Source of the DNA: the human T2T-CHM13v2.0 reference genome, Homo sapiens
DNA length: 64,000 nucleotides
Reading direction: 5' to 3'
Assembly (NCBI GenBank): GCA_009914755.4
Contig: CP068257.2
Span: 12,256,001-12,320,000 of the forward strand
The first letter of the stretch is position 1, and each line of letters begins with the position of its first letter. A program made the position numbers and the translations under genes. A model generated the notes under the pieces. The model was not told the origin of the DNA. It saw only the letters and a list, made by a program, of their open reading frames with translations, and did not search any database. Below, one piece after another: positions 31,097-45,540 of the stretch.

Positions 31097-31760
31097 TTAT
31101 AATTCAAGATTCATGCTTTTGTAGTTATTAGCACTGGGATTGTCATATAGTGGCTTCTGGAGTAAGCACTGTATTGGTTTTCTGTTTTTATAAGTGTCTG
31201 TAGCAGCAGAAATACTGTGGCTTTCTATCTGAATCATATGCTTCATTTCTTTGAGGTAGGTAAACCACAAATCAAAAAGACTTTCTGGATCTCTAGACTG
31301 AGGCCAATGCCTAATGTCTAATTTCCAATTAGTGGTATTTGGGTTTATATTTTTTGCCATTTGCATGTGAAACTCTTAATCATCTTTCATTTCAATCATA
31401 ATTACTGGGTTCCTTAATGTTTCAGTTTCTGTATCATAACAAAAATTTTCATCATCTGTGTTAGAAACAAGCTATGTGTCTGGTTTGTTATCATTTTTAT
31501 AGTCTGATTTATTTTCATTTAAATGAAGCTTAGAAGATGACTGGTAAGTGTATTTCAGGGACCTGGAGTGTGAATGGAATAAAAAGACATTTGACATGGG
31601 ATTCCTCTGTTCAGGCGCTGCCTGGAATGCCACAGAGTTAGACCCTCCAGATGCATTTTTCTCCTCACAATCAGGGACCTGATTCATCAGATTAGAGGGC
31701 ACTCCTTTTTCGTTCGTCCCTCTTTAGAGTTACTATGTAGAAGCTCTTCCTCAGGGCAAG
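31097..31760 (-). pseudogene. Decayed coding remnant of the ANKRD26/ANKRD30-family middle region (repetitive acidic/Ser-rich region), with stops
   Basis: Minus-strand frames give ..SSKLHLNENKSDYKNDNKPDT*LVSNTDDENFCYDTETETLRNPVIMIEMKDD* and ..RDPESLFDLWFTYLKEMKHMIQIESHS... These resemble the family middle-repeat motifs ..YLHLKPTIEMKDSVPNK.. and ..SWDSESLCETVSQKD.., but the match is weak. The ORF-track 'M' at 31702 is a GTG codon, not ATG. Confidence 0.3.
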
Positions 31761-33737
31761 CAGTAATTTTGGAGTTTTCAAAACTTTTACCAATATTCAG
31801 CTTGAACTTGCTTGTAATGAATTTTAAAGAAAGTCATGAATATACAGATAGATTCCCTTTATCACAATTCTTACCCAGTTCTGGTTCTTGAGGCTTTTTT
31901 TTTTTTTTTTTTTTTTGGCAGGTGCAAAAAGGAAAACAAATTTGCTTGTTTTGTTTCTCAGATGTCTTTTCTGTCAGAGTGCATGTTCTAAAATTAGCTT
32001 TAATCAAGTATAAACAAAGAAATATTAGAAAATAATTAAAATTTAACTGTGAAACTTAATCTGTGTGTTGCCCCTCTTAAATTATGGGATTGTAACTAAA
32101 AAGTGAAAAATAATTTGCCTTGGCTTAACACGGGACAGAAACATAAACCGGCAAGCTGAACTCTCAGTGTTTGTTTGGACTAAACTTAATGCATTATGTG
32201 TAAAGTCTACCAGAAATGAATTCAAAGATGATAGGTAGTATTATAAAAGCTTCCTCTCTTACAAAGAGTTTACCTCGGCATACCAGAAAGAGTGAGCCCC
32301 TACAGTGCATGTAAATTTCTGAAGATTAACTAGAGACTAGGCAAACACTAAATTATTAAGAGCCAAACTGAACAACAATAAGAAAGAGAAGCAAAATTTT
32401 AAATTCTAATTCAAATGATATACTATGATAGTGTTATGTATCTAAATAGATTTTCTGCTCATATCCACTTCTAATATATTTTAAGTTCCACTAGTGATAG
32501 TGTTTGGATTTTTTAAATTTTAGTAATATTTACTATGTATTTATGTTGAAATAAAGTTATTGTTTGTACCCTGATACCAAAGGTCCCATTCTGCAAGGTA
32601 GGATTCTCATAAAAGGCAACTGGGTTGACTTTTATGACCCCATTCACTCCCTGAACACAGAAGTCAACTGGCGACCACAAAACAGAATAAATCTTTAACC
32701 TCGGCACTGGTGACCAGCAATATAAAACTGCAACATTTGAACCACTGGCAATGATGACTCCTTTAACACTAGTTTAACTCAGTGGCCATTGTTGTTAAAT
32801 TGTTCATAATTTCTATTCCTTAGTAATACGACCCAATATTTCATGTTACCTTCTGTATTATGAGTAAGGTTATACAAATAAAAGAGCAAGATAATTGTGA
32901 AAAATTCTTGCCTCAATTCCAAGGGTAAAGACAGCTATGAGTTACTAGAGATAGTAAGAATTACTAGAATAACGAATAGTTACTAGAGATAGTAAGAATA
33001 TCTTAAGTTTCATAACTGGTTAAAATGTTTTAAAAATTAAATATAAAATTATGACCTATTGGATTCTAAAGGTATAGTCCAAAAGGTCATGTCATTTGGA
33101 CTACGCTTTGTTACTAAAGCAAAAAAAAAAAAACCTAATATTAAACAAGAAATTTAAATTTTCATATACCTGTGGTTGCTTCTTTTCACTTCTTTCACGC
33201 CTTTGTTGCTCTTCCTCTGAAGCCACTGGTAAGGCTTTTTCTGTTGACAAATTCATTGTTTTAGTTCAAATGAACTAAGAACAGTTAGATAAGACTATAA
33301 TCTTTATAAAAATAAATAGAAAATAATATTTCTTTGTATTTTATATTTTGAGGGTTTAAATGAAGCTTAAGGTTTACTGAAATATTTACTTCTTTAAGAA
33401 ATACTTCTAATTATCCAAAACTTCAACAAACCACTTGGGGAGACACTAGATATCACCAGGTTCAAGCCATACAAAATCTCAGGGTCACTCACAAATTGTT
33501 CCACCCAACATAAATCAACAAAACTGTTGGAAACAAAACAAAATTTTGAAATACAGTCAAAACATACAATGTACATAACAGTATCTTTTTAACAAGACAC
33601 TAATTGAGTTGGCAGTTACTAATAATTTGCAAAATTATTGTTGTTTATATCTTAGTGTGCACCCCATTTTTTACATCGCAAATGTTTTCCCCTGCTATTC
33701 TGAAAAATTTATTTTCATCTTTTAAGACTCAGAAAGT

Positions 33738-34037
33738 AGGCTGGACATAATAGCTCACATCTGTAATCCCAGCACTTTGGAAGGCCAAAATGGGAGAATT
33801 GCTCGAGGCCAAGAGTGTAAGACCAGCCTGGGAACCATAGATAACTTTGACTCTACAAAAAATTAGGCAGGTATGGTGATATGTGCCTGTAGTCCCAGCT
33901 ACTCAAGAAGTTTAGGTGAGAAGATCCCTTGAGCCCAGGAGTTTGAGGTTGCAGTGAGTCTCAATCACGCCATTGCACTCCACCCCGGGTGATAGAGTAA
34001 GAACTTGTCTCCAACAACAGAAAAAGAAAAAAAAAAG
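33738..34037 (+). mobile_element. Alu (AluJ-like, sense)
   Basis: GGCTGGACATAATAGCTCACATCTGTAATCCCAGCACTTTGGAAGGCCAAAATGGGAGAATTGCTCGAGGCCAAGAGTGTAAGACCAGCCTGGGAACCATAG ... GGGTGATAGAGTAAGAACTTGTCTCCAACAACAGAAAAAGAAAAAAAAAAG. Confidence 0.85.
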
Positions 34038-34589
34038 GCTCAGAATGCTGTGTGAAGTCTTCTTTGATTCTAGCTATCTTTCTCCACACACACAGGTGTC
34101 TGTTTCATTGCGGTCCCTTAGTACTTTGTCAATTTTCCTAGTGTCACTTTACCACCTGAACTGCACATCATGTCTTTACATGTCGATCCCCTTTGCTGCT
34201 AGACTGTAGAGGACAATCTTTTGAATAATCTTTGTATAAACAGTCTTAATTTTGCTAAATAATTAGTTATTGAGCTCCTGCTAAGTGTTAGGCACTGGGG
34301 TATAAGGAAGGAACATAAAACCTGTCAGGGATGGCTTTCCTAAAGATTATGTATGAGCTGAGACTTAGAGAGTGAGGTTAGCCAGATTAAGTGAGGCAGA
34401 GAGCAGGAAAGGGTGAGCACATGCCAGGCAGCAACAAGAGAGGGAGAGAAGCTTCCAAGAGAGTATGTATTTCTCTGCAAAAGAGGAATGGTGAGGGGGC
34501 CATTACCAGCAGCTGAGTAATTCCAGAGAAAAAGGCAGATGGGGAAAGGGCTACGGATGGAGATTTGGGCAGAAATCAGTTTCCTTTTC

Positions 34590-34880
34590 TTTTCTTTTTT
34601 TGGGACAAGGTCTTACTCTGTCTCCCAGACTGGAGCACAGTGGCATGAACTTGGCTCACTGCAACCTGGTCTCCTGGGTTCAAGTAATTCTCTTGCCTCA
34701 GCCTCCCGAGTAGCTGAGATTACAGGTGCGTGCCACCACCACCTGCTATTTTTTGTATTTTATTAGAGATGGGGTTTCACCTTGTTGGCCAGGCTGGTCT
34801 TGAACTCCTGACCTCAAATGATCCATCTGCCTCAGCCTCCCAAAGTGCTGGGATCACAGACATGAGCCACCGTGCCCAAC
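34590..34880 (-). mobile_element. Alu (antisense)
   Basis: TTTTTTTGGGACAAGGTCTTACTCTGTCTCCCAGACTGGAGCACAGTGGCATGAACTTGGCTCACTGCAACCTGG ... GGGATCACAGACATGAGCCACCGTGCCCAAC. Confidence 0.85.
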
Positions 34881-35342
34881 CCAGAAGTCAGTTTCTGAAA
34901 TCTTTATATAAAGCTTTAAGATGCTTGGACATTAGGTATTCAGGAGTGGTTCATGGATCTATTTACATTAGAGATAATTAACTCTAAATACTGTAAGGAG
35001 CATAAAATTCTGAGGCATATAAATAAATGAACAAAGATAAAATATAAGGCAATGTTGCAAAGATGATGCAGGCCTGAGGAGATGTTTTCAGAAATATTTA
35101 GGATATAGGTATCAGTGGCCATTATAAGAATGAATTTTTATTGAATGAATAAATGTATATATCCAGGTCCCTGGAGAAATACACTCTGCTCATTACTTTA
35201 CAAATTTTATCAAATGAGAAGTAAGATAATATACATAAACTGTTTCAGTTACTTGTATTTACTTTACACTTTTTCTGTTTCAGTTTTACTGTGCCAAGGA
35301 AATGCATTTGGGTTTTGTGGTGGTGGTTGTTGTCATTGTTGT

Positions 35343-35630
35343 TATTTTTTGAGATGGAGTTTCACTCTTCCTGTCCAGGCTGAAGTACAGTGGTATGATC
35401 TCAGCTCACCACAACCTCTGCTTCCCAGGTTCAAGCGATTCTCCTGCCTCAGCCTCCCAAGTAACTGGAATTACAGGTATTTGCCACCATGAACAGCTAA
35501 TTTTGTGTTTTTAGTAGAGATGGGTTTTCCATGTTGGTCAGGCTGGTCTCAAACTCCCAATCTCAGGTTATCCACCCGCCTCAGCCTCCCAAAGTGCTGG
35601 GATTACAGGCACAAACCACGGCCCCCAGCC
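35343..35630 (-). mobile_element. Alu (antisense)
   Basis: TTTTTTGAGATGGAGTTTCACTCTTCCTGTCCAGGCTGAAGTACAGTGGTATGATCTCAGCTCACCACAACCTCTGCTTCCCAGG ... GGGATTACAGGCACAAACCACGGCCCCCAGCC. Confidence 0.85.
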
Positions 35631-37395
35631 ACATATGGGGATTTTGTTTCAAAAGTTCTGTTTCCTGTATCTACCAAGCTCATGAGAAAATAGAAGCAAA
35701 CAAGTCATTTGCATAGGTAAGAAACTTTGGATTTATAGCTTGTCATCACTACTCTAGAAGATTATCATCATGTTTTATAAAACAAAATGTTAATTCTAGA
35801 CATAAGGGGAAAAAGAAATTAAAACTATAGGGGTGGGGGAAAAATATTGCATAATTTATTACTGTTGACCTGATCATATGACTGATTAAGGGCACTGAAT
35901 TTAACTTGTATGTGAAGTAGACCCCACATTAGCTGCAGTTAATCAGTAGACCAGGTGTTCTAGCAGAATTAAATTTGATGCTCCTGTGTTATCTTTAAAT
36001 GACACAGCTCTTCTAAAACCCATACTCCTAGTGTATGATTATCCATTAAGACAAGGTGATGGAATGTGTGAATACAGCTGAGGAGACACCACAAGGCAAA
36101 TGCTCAATGGTTCCCATTAATATTGGGAAAAGCAACACTATAAAACAGAAATCCATAGGCATTATTTAATATTTGGTTTTGGAAGGTATTTTTAGTGACA
36201 CTGCATACAGTTGTACTGAATAATTGCAAAATTAGAGATGTAAAAATAAAACAAAGGCACATTGTGTTTGAGTAGGGAATCTGTAGATGTCTAGCTGTTT
36301 TTCCCATCCTGTCCCAAAATTCTAAATATAATCATGGTACCCACACTCAAATTTATGTTAAATAACAACCTCAATGAAATTACTCTTTCTCTTCATTCTC
36401 TTTGTTATTTATATGTTGCTTTCCTTAAGGGAAGAATACAAATGCCTTGCTAAGAAGCATTCTGTTTGGTTGTAGGCTGCATAAGGGGAGTAAACACAAA
36501 GTACGTTGGACCACAAAATGACTTTTTAAAAGTCAGAACTATGGTAGCATGAAACCAACTGAGGTAATCTAGAATAAAATTTTCTATGCTTCTTTCCCTT
36601 CTTTGCTCTCTTTCTACTCTAATAACTGCGATTCATGCAGGTAATGAAGAGTATAATTCCCTGATGGAAACACAGCTCCAAAATTAATCCTTTCTTTAAC
36701 TATGAAGTTCGCGTGTCCAAAGTCTGTAGTTGCTGTCTGATTTTTGATCACGGATGGCGATACAGATATTTATCGTCAACTCACAACTTCCCAAATCTTT
36801 GAAAAGTCTTACTATTGATGGTTCAACTAGTAGAAACATAATCTAAAATATCTGAAAATAAAGTTTTTATTTATTAGAATGTAAATAGTAATACAAATTG
36901 TAATAAGTTGTAAAAGTTCTTTCTTCACTGAAGCAGTACCATGTTGTCCTCTACCCCACAAACACACCAGTCCCTCATGGTCTAACGTATTTTAAAAGTC
37001 CTGTAATTGCTATTAACTCAGACAAGTTTACTTAACTTGCTCTAAGCTTCTGTTATTTACTACAATTTACTTTCAATCACTCAACGATCTCTATTATATA
37101 TGTTGTTTTCCATGAGAAATTTGTTTATTAGTAATTAAGATTCTTCAGGGATAAGAAAATATTTGAATAACTAAGTTTGTGCATAAACACAATAAGGTCA
37201 AATACCCATGACAATATTGTGTGTTTCTGTGTACTAGAGACAAAAACTTCAAAAAAAATTTTAATGAATAAACATTAAATTAAAAACTGCTTTCATTAAA
37301 CTGATACAATCTTCCCTCAATGCATGAATACCTTCAGAATTCACATAGACCAAAGAATTGTATAAAATATAATAGTCTTAAAAATCTTATTTGTA

Positions 37396-37700
37396 GCTGG
37401 CACAGTGGCTCCCGCCTGTAATCCCAGCACATTGGCAAGCCAAGGTGGGCAGATCACCTGAGGTCAGGAGTTTGAGAGCAGCCTGGCCAACATGCTGAAA
37501 CCCCATCTCTAATAAAAATAGAAAAATTAGCAGGGTATGGTAGCACGTGCAGGTAGTATCAGCTACTCAAGGGGCTGAGGCAGGAGAACTGCTTGAACCT
37601 GAGAGGCAGAGGTGGTAATGAGCCAAGACTGAGCCACTGCACTCCAGCCTTGGTGACAGAGCAAGACTCTGTCTCAAAAACACAAACAAACAAACAAAAA
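37396..37700 (+). mobile_element. Alu (sense)
   Basis: GCTGGCACAGTGGCTCCCGCCTGTAATCCCAGCACATTGGCAAGCCAAGGTGGGCAGATCACCTGAGGTCAGGAGTTTGAGAGCAGCCTGGCCAACATGCTGAAACCCCATCTCTAATAAAAATAG ... GTCTCAAAAACACAAACAAACAAACAAAAAAC. Confidence 0.9.
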
Positions 37701-40700
37701 ACATAATTGTTCCCATATAAGTCTATGTTCACAAAAGATCTGAAGAGTACACAACACCGTGAGACAGGACAGACATATATTTTAAAAGTTATATTCCTGG
37801 TTTCTGTAAAAATAAAATGGTTGAATTTAAGCTTTTAAGACAAGTCAAGGAAAAGAGCAAAAAATGCAAAAGTGAAACTTGAAAGGTCATTTCCCCATCA
37901 AGGGTTCATGATCACTGGACATTCACAAACTATATTGTTCAAAACATTAGTTCTGAATTTTGATCTGAGTATCCCTGGAGTTTCAGTTTCATTCAAGGAT
38001 GTCCAAGAGGTCAAATAAGACAATATCATTTGCTATTTTCAGTTTTCTTTTCTGAGAATAGCACAGCAAACTTCTTCAGAGAAATGAATTGTCCTAACTT
38101 CATAGGCTAAAGGCTCACGAGTCATATTTCTAAGGACATTTATAAAATATGGTGGTGCATGCTTGTATTCTGAACTTTTCAACTTTAAACTCTCATATAG
38201 TAAATATTAATAGATACAAACTGATTAAAGAAAAGCCCTCTTACTCTGACATTATTTTTATTTTTCTTTCTTTCTTCATTTATCAGCAACAGGAGAGTCT
38301 AACTAAATGTGGTAAAGTGGTATAAGGGAATACAATGAAAAGTGTAAAATGAATTAAACCAGAGATAATCATATCAATGTGGGTACATCTGGAAAATATA
38401 ATACAAAATACACCAAAGAAAGTGGCAGAAAGGTATGTAAAGTGTATAACCACTCACATACCATTTTAGGACACAAATAAAAAATTCTGCATATTATTTC
38501 TGAGCATCACAATATAGTTAAAGATTTCAAAAGGGCATTGAAATGAAAAACAACCAACTTATGATGTTGGTAGCCTCTATGCAACCATGTTTTTAAAACC
38601 TTAACACCAAAAAGTCTCAAAATCACCATTTTAAAGGACCGTGTCCACCAGTTATAAATGAATAATTACTTTCCTCATTTTTCATAGTCAAAGATGCCAC
38701 AAACACACACATACAGACACCTATACATACACATCCACACACAGTCTTGCTCACTAGAACATCTGATTGGCTTCAGATCATCAGTGTAATAACACTAGCA
38801 GCACGCCTCTAAAGTTAAAACAGAAACTGACACGTTAATAAGTAAAGCTTTCCTCTACATAAAGATCAGAACTCCAACTAGCACATAAATCAATGGAAAT
38901 ATCTTAGAGTCTCAAAATTCAGTGCTTTGAATCCCTGACAAATATAAAAATTTTATACTGAAAACTTCATGCTATTCAAAACATTAAAAGAGAAACATCT
39001 GAGTTAAAGCTTACATTTTTAAAATCTTTTTATGCTTCTAAATTTATTTTTATTCAAATATGGATACCAACAATAATATTTATGTCAATGCCTTCCATTC
39101 AATTTTGAACAAACAGAATTAGGGGTAAGAATAATGTGAGTACTTCCAATCATTTAATGTACTTATTTCCAGCATTCCATTTGTATTGAATATGTACCTG
39201 CTCTCAATGTCTGTACATTCTTTCTTTGTACTGCTCCTTTCACAGCAGGATCTTCCATTTCAGTGCTAGGCTGAATGGGTTTTAAAAGAAAATGATTCAT
39301 AAATCATATATATTTTATACAATGTGGAGTTAGTGATTCAAAAAATATACATAATTAATTACCTTCAAGGAAGGATGTTTTGCAGGAGGTCCTACAAAGC
39401 AAAAGGGATATGTCATCAATTATATGTAAGTATGACAGGGCCAACCAAACACTCATGCAGTGTTACTATCGAGCTGAATTCTCATGCCTGGCTACAAAAA
39501 TAATTACTTAAAGTTTTGAGGGTTCTTCTTGGCTTCTTCTTTTCATTGCCTAGGACAGCAACATGACAGAAACCTAATGAGGAAAATAGGAATACAGGAT
39601 TCCTAAAATGCACAGCTTACATTTCAGTAGTGAGATTATGTTTCAAATGCCTATACCTAAAGTAGAAAAGCATGGATATCACCGTGAACATGTGGGCTAA
39701 TGAGAAGAAAAGGGACCACTAAACAGAGTAGCAAATCAAACCTGGGGGAATCGATGTCCAAGCTGATGGTGAATGTACAGAGTATTTTAACTCAACACAT
39801 CAGAGGCATTGCTGCCAGCATGTCACAGACAAATTCCCCTTGTGCTGTCACTTAGGAAATATACAGTTGGGATGACAGTTCAGGTGAATGTGTGATTCAC
39901 CTCTCATCAAAGAAAGTGTTCTACATTGATCAGCTAGGATACACACTTATGAAATAACAGCTAATCAAACTACTCATTTTTCCCATGATCACATGGGCTA
40001 CTGCAGCACCTACATTTCTCCTATCCCCTCATTTGGCCTTGAGTTAGAGCTCCTTGATCCACTTGTGTGAGGTGGTCCATAAAACACATCAAATAAACCA
40101 TGTCGAATAAGCTTCCGATATCAAAATATTTAGCAAAAAAGAAAACACTGAATTACCACAGACTTGCTGGATACGAATACACATTTATATTTCAAAATCA
40201 GTGCAGTATTTATTGAAAATGAGAATTTTGGTATTCACAAATGAATTTTATAATACAATTGCTTCTAAAATTAACTAAGTTTGGTATATCATCTTACACT
40301 GTAAAGGACTTTTATAAAGCAGCTATCATATCAAAGAACTGGCTGTCTCAAAAAAAATTAGCCAAAGCATCTATATGCAACTTAATCACATCTTATTCAC
40401 TCATGTCAATGAAACTTCTCTCTCTGAGGCCTGAAAATTATGAAGTGAAATGAGCTGCTGTGGTTTACCCCAGTTCTAGCACTCCCTCCTGCCTCCAGTA
40501 CTCTCCACAGCAATAACCTCTTTTGTGAGACTGGGCATATGCTGAAGCAACTGGAAGTGAGTTGTCTCAAGTTTACTTGGCTTTAACTCCCAAGACCCCA
40601 GCAAATGTCTTTCTTTCCTCCCTCTGTGTCCTTTCACAATCCCTCTTCCTTTGAAAAAGTGATTTTTAGATCTGTCATCCTGATGCTTCCCTTCCTAACT

Positions 40701-41746
40701 GCTTTTTATGGATAATTGTGACAACTTTTTTCATCTGTATTCAGCAGTAGTATACACCTGTAATCTCTCTTTTTTCATCTCATTTTCCTTCCCCTGTGGC
40801 TAGAATCATGCTCAGAAATAAAAGGAAATTAATGCTTTCCCTGGATTCTGTTATTATTCAAATTGCTCTCCAGTGGTTCTTTTTCCAGATTTCTCTAAAG
40901 GAAGGCTATTCCCTTGCTATTTAGAGCTGTGTCCAAGGACCAGCAACAACATCACCTGAGTACTCATGAGAAATGCAGACTCCCATACCTGCTAAATCAG
41001 AATGTGCAGTTTCCAGAAGCTCCTCAACTAATTCATGATGATCTGAATGCCCTGTTTTACACTTTATGTGATTCCATATTAGTTTACCCTAATTGCCCTT
41101 TTTGGCCTAGCCTCAATTTCTTCCCTATTATGTCTCTGAATTTAATACTACATTATAAGCCATAATGTTTCTAATGAACTTTTAATCAGGTAATACCTTC
41201 TCTAATTAATTACTTCTCCATACATCACCCAACACTATTCTTTTCAATTACGTTAATTTGGCCTATATGATACTATCCTATGAGGTTACACTTTCTTTAA
41301 AACCAAATTATAGCCATATATGGCTGACCATTTATGGTGATGTTCATCTATGGTAGATAAAACACAGGTCTGTGTGGTAAAATACCTCAATCCTTAATGC
41401 CTCCCCAGTAGTGAGGATGACAGCAAGAGTAGGAAAATGTTACTCTAATTCTCTGACACATGTTGGTAATGGAAGTTCACTTTATCTTCCTTCCTATTTC
41501 TAACACCCTGTTCTTCCTTCTTCTACAGATCAATGTGACTTTACTACCCTCTATTACATACTTCCACATATGTGTTTTTATTTATTCCATGTACACTCTG
41601 CCCTCCTCATCTCTCTTTCTCTTTTATTCATTTCCTCTTCCCTCTCTCCTGACTTGCCTTAGGTCTTAGAGTATCTTAAAATGGAACTCACAACTCAGCT
41701 CCTTTAGTGGTACTCCCAATAGAATCAACTGCTGACCCTTGGTTAG

Positions 41747-42158
<412 letters not shown>

Positions 42159-42361
42159 TCCAACAAATGACTTTTTAAATAAAATACAGTTCTCACCTTC
42201 TCCTTTTCCATTGACTATTCTGTTTCCTTTTCCATGGGAAGGTCCACGTAAAGGCTCTGACACTTTCTTGGGGACACACTGCTAAGGTAGTATCAAGAAT
42301 TAGTTTCCATTTTAAAATTATAATGAGTTGCATCAAGAGTTTCTTGTCAATCTCTTTTTAT

Positions 42362-42650
42362 GAAACTGGTTCTCACTCTGTCAACCCAGGGCTAGAATGC
42401 AGGGGCCTGATTATGGCTCACTGTGGTCTCAAACTCCTGACCTCAAGCAATCTTCCCACCTCAACTTCCTGAATAGCTGGAACTACAGGTGCATACCATC
42501 ATGCCATGCTAATGTTTCTATTGTTATCTTTGTAGAAACACGGCCTCATTATACTGCCCAGGCTGGTCTCAAGCTCCTAGGCTCTAGTAAATCTTCGACT
42601 TCTGCCTCCCGAAGTGTTGAGATAAGCAGTGTGCACCACAACACCCAGCC
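42362..42650 (-). mobile_element. Old Alu (AluJ/monomer-like, antisense)
   Basis: GAAACTGGTTCTCACTCTGTCAACCCAGGGCTAGAATGCAGGGGCCTGATTATGGCTCACTGTGGTCTCAAACTCCTGACCTCAAGCAATCTTCCCACCTCAACTTCC ... GTGCACCACAACACCCAGCC. Highly diverged. Confidence 0.7.
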
Positions 42651-42682
42651 CTAATCAATTTATTTAAATCAGTTTCAATGTT

Positions 42683-42975
42683 GCCCAGGCATAGTGGCTC
42701 ACAACTGTAATCTCAGCCTTTTGCAAGGCCAAGGTGGGTGGATTGCTTGAGTTCAGGAGTTTGAGACCTGCCTGGGCAACATAATGAGAACACATCTCTA
42801 CACAAAAAATACCAAAATGAGTCAGGCATGATGGTGTGTGCCTGTAGTCCCAGCTGCTTGGGAAGCTGATGTGGGAGGATCACTTGAGCCTGAGAGGTGG
42901 AGACTGTAGCATGCCAAGATCATGCCACTACATTGCAGCCTGAGCAACACAGCAAGACCCTGACTCCCCAAAAAT
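42683..42975 (+). mobile_element. Alu (sense)
   Basis: TGCCCAGGCATAGTGGCTCACAACTGTAATCTCAGCCTTTTGCAAGGCCAAGGTGGGTGGATTGCTTGAGTTCAGGAGTTTGAGACCTGCCTGGGCAACATAATGAGAACACATCTCTACA ... CAGCCTGAGCAACACAGCAAGACCCTGACTCCCCAAAAA. Confidence 0.85.
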
Positions 42976-43339
42976 ATCAATTTAAAATGTGAGAATGAAG
43001 AGAGATACAAACAAAAAAGAAGCCTAATTGGTCAACGAAATATGAGCTTAAGCCAAGAAAGAAAAGAAACAACATGAAGTACGATAAAGTACATGGGGAA
43101 ATAGATCTATAACAGAGCTTTTTGGTCTTTCATATCCCTGATAATACTAATTAATATTTATGCTACAATTAGTTTTTTGTAAGTACTTCTGTGATAGAGT
43201 TTATTACTATAAGACATTCAATTAGCTAAATATGGTCAACTACCACTACCTGAAAGAACATTATTATAACAGAGAGAGAAAACTGGAACTTTCCATCAAT
43301 GTTCCACCCAGAAAAAGAATTTGTCACCAGAATTCTAAA

Positions 43340-44140
43340 GAGTGATGTATGGCAGACACATGAAAAAATGCTCATCATCACTTGCCATCAGAGAAATGCA
43401 AATCAAAACCATAATGAGATACCATCTCACACCAGTTAGAATGGCAATCATTAAAAAGTCAGGAAACAACAGGTGCTGGAGAGGATGTGGAGAAATAGGA
43501 AGAGTTTTACACTGTTGGTGGGACTGTAAACTAGTTCAACCATTGTGGAAGACAGTCTGGCGATTCCTCAAGGATCTAGAACTAGAAATGCCATTTGACC
43601 CAGTCATCCCATTATTGGGTATATAGCCAAAGGATTATAAATCATGCTGCTATAAACACACATGCACACGTATGTTTATTGCAGCACTACTCACAATAGC
43701 AAAGACTTGGAACCAACCCAAATGTCCAACAATGATAGACTGGATTAAGAAAATGTGGCACATATACATCATGGAATACTATGCAGCCACAAAAAAGGAT
43801 GACTTCATGTCCTTTGTAGGGACATGGATAAAGCTGGAAACCATCATTCTGAGCAAACTGTCACAAGGACAGAAAATCAAACACTGCATGTTCTCACTCA
43901 TAGGTGGGAACTGAACAATGAGAACACTTAGACACAGGAAGGGGAACATCACACACCGGGGCCTGTTGTGGGGTGGGGGGAGGGGGAAGGGATAGCATTA
44001 GGAGATATGTCTAATGTAAATGACGAGTTAATGGGTGCAACACAGCAACATGGCACATGTATACATATGTAACAAACCTGCATGTTGTGCACATGTACCC
44101 GAGAACTTAAAATATAATAGTAATAATAATAATAAAAGGT
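43340..44140 (+). mobile_element. Young L1PA (L1PA2-5-like) 3' end: end of ORF2, 3'UTR and poly(A), 5'-truncated, sense
   Basis: It matches the L1HS/L1PA consensus almost base for base: AAATGCTCATCATCACTTGCCATCAGAGAAATGCAAATCAAAACCATAATGAGATACCATCTCACACCAGTTAGAATGGCAATCATTAAAAAGTCAGGAAACAACAGGTGCTGGAGAGGATGTGGAGAAATAGGAA ... GGGGGGAGGGGGAAGGGATAGCATTAGGAGATATGTCTAATGTAAATGACGAGTTAATGGGTGCAACACAGCAACATGGCACATGTATACATATGTAACAAACCTGCATGTTGTGCACATGTACCCGAGAACTTAAAATATAATAGTAATAATAATAATAAAA. Confidence 0.9.
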
Positions 44141-44502
44141 AACGTATGGCTTGAAAAGGTATATTTAATAGAATGTGAGTTGGGACTAATAAAAAGCTTA
44201 AGAAATGTTAATCAAAAATCTCAATGTTAAGATTCCAGTTCAATGATACTAGAAAATATATTGTAACCCTCTTTGCTACTGATGACCTATTTCTAATTTA
44301 TTTCCTTTTTAATTATGGCATAATTTTTCAACATAACACATCAAAACTTATATGCCCTTAAATATTAAAAAATAATACAAATGTAAGCAATATTTTAAAT
44401 ACAATATTTAATTGTTAGATACATTAGGTATATTATATTACTTATAACATTCCATTATATAAAAATTCATTTGTGTATTTATTCAGATTAAACAACTATT
44501 AA

Positions 44503-44795
44503 GGCTGAATGTCTCATGCCTGTAACCCCAGCACTTTGAGAGGCTGAGGCGGGCAGAACACTTGAGCCCAACAGTTAAAGACCAGCCTGGGCAACAAGGC
44601 AAAACCCTGTCTCTACAAAACTCAGCCGAGCATGGTGACACAGGTCTATGGTGACATAGCTCTATTGTTTCAACTACTTGGATGGCTGAAGTGTGAGGAT
44701 CTCCTGAGCCCAGGAAATGGAGATCGGAGTGAGCCAAGATCTCACCAGTGCCCTCCAGCCTGGGTGACAGAGTGAAACCCCATCTCAAAAAACAA
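44503..44795 (+). mobile_element. Alu (sense)
   Basis: GGCTGAATGTCTCATGCCTGTAACCCCAGCACTTTGAGAGGCTGAGGCGGGCAGAACACTTGAGCCCAACAGTTAAAGACCAGCCTGGGCAACAAGGCAAAACCCTGTCTCTACAAAACTCAGCCGAGCATGGTGACAC ... CAGCCTGGGTGACAGAGTGAAACCCCATCTCAAAAAAC. Confidence 0.85.
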
Positions 44796-44903
44796 CAAGC
44801 AAAATGTTTCTTACATGGAAGACTGTATTCTAGGTACTCCAGGATACACACAAATATGTTTACTGAACTCCAGTAGCCTATAGTATGCAGGAGCTTCCAA
44901 TGA

Positions 44904-45313
<410 letters not shown>

Positions 45314-45540
45314 TAAACTACAATGACAAAATTATGATGATAAAGTCTTACCATATTGGTATTAAGAGTCTCTGCTTCTAGAACTGGTTATTTGCAGCAA
45401 AATACATGTTATTCAATTAGATGAAGTGTTTTATATAAACTCTTCATGGATAACTCATAAAACACACAAAAATCCCTTTGCAATACAAATTTTGAGAACA
45501 TAAATTTAAATTTCTACGTTTCCACAATTTATATTTTTAA

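Noticed and set aside
31472-31702. The ORF-track start 'M' at 31702 (MPSNLMNQ...) as a translation start
   Set aside because: The codon at 31702-31700 on the minus strand is GTG, not ATG. The ORF track evidently allows alternative starts. The segment is treated only as a decayed internal coding remnant.
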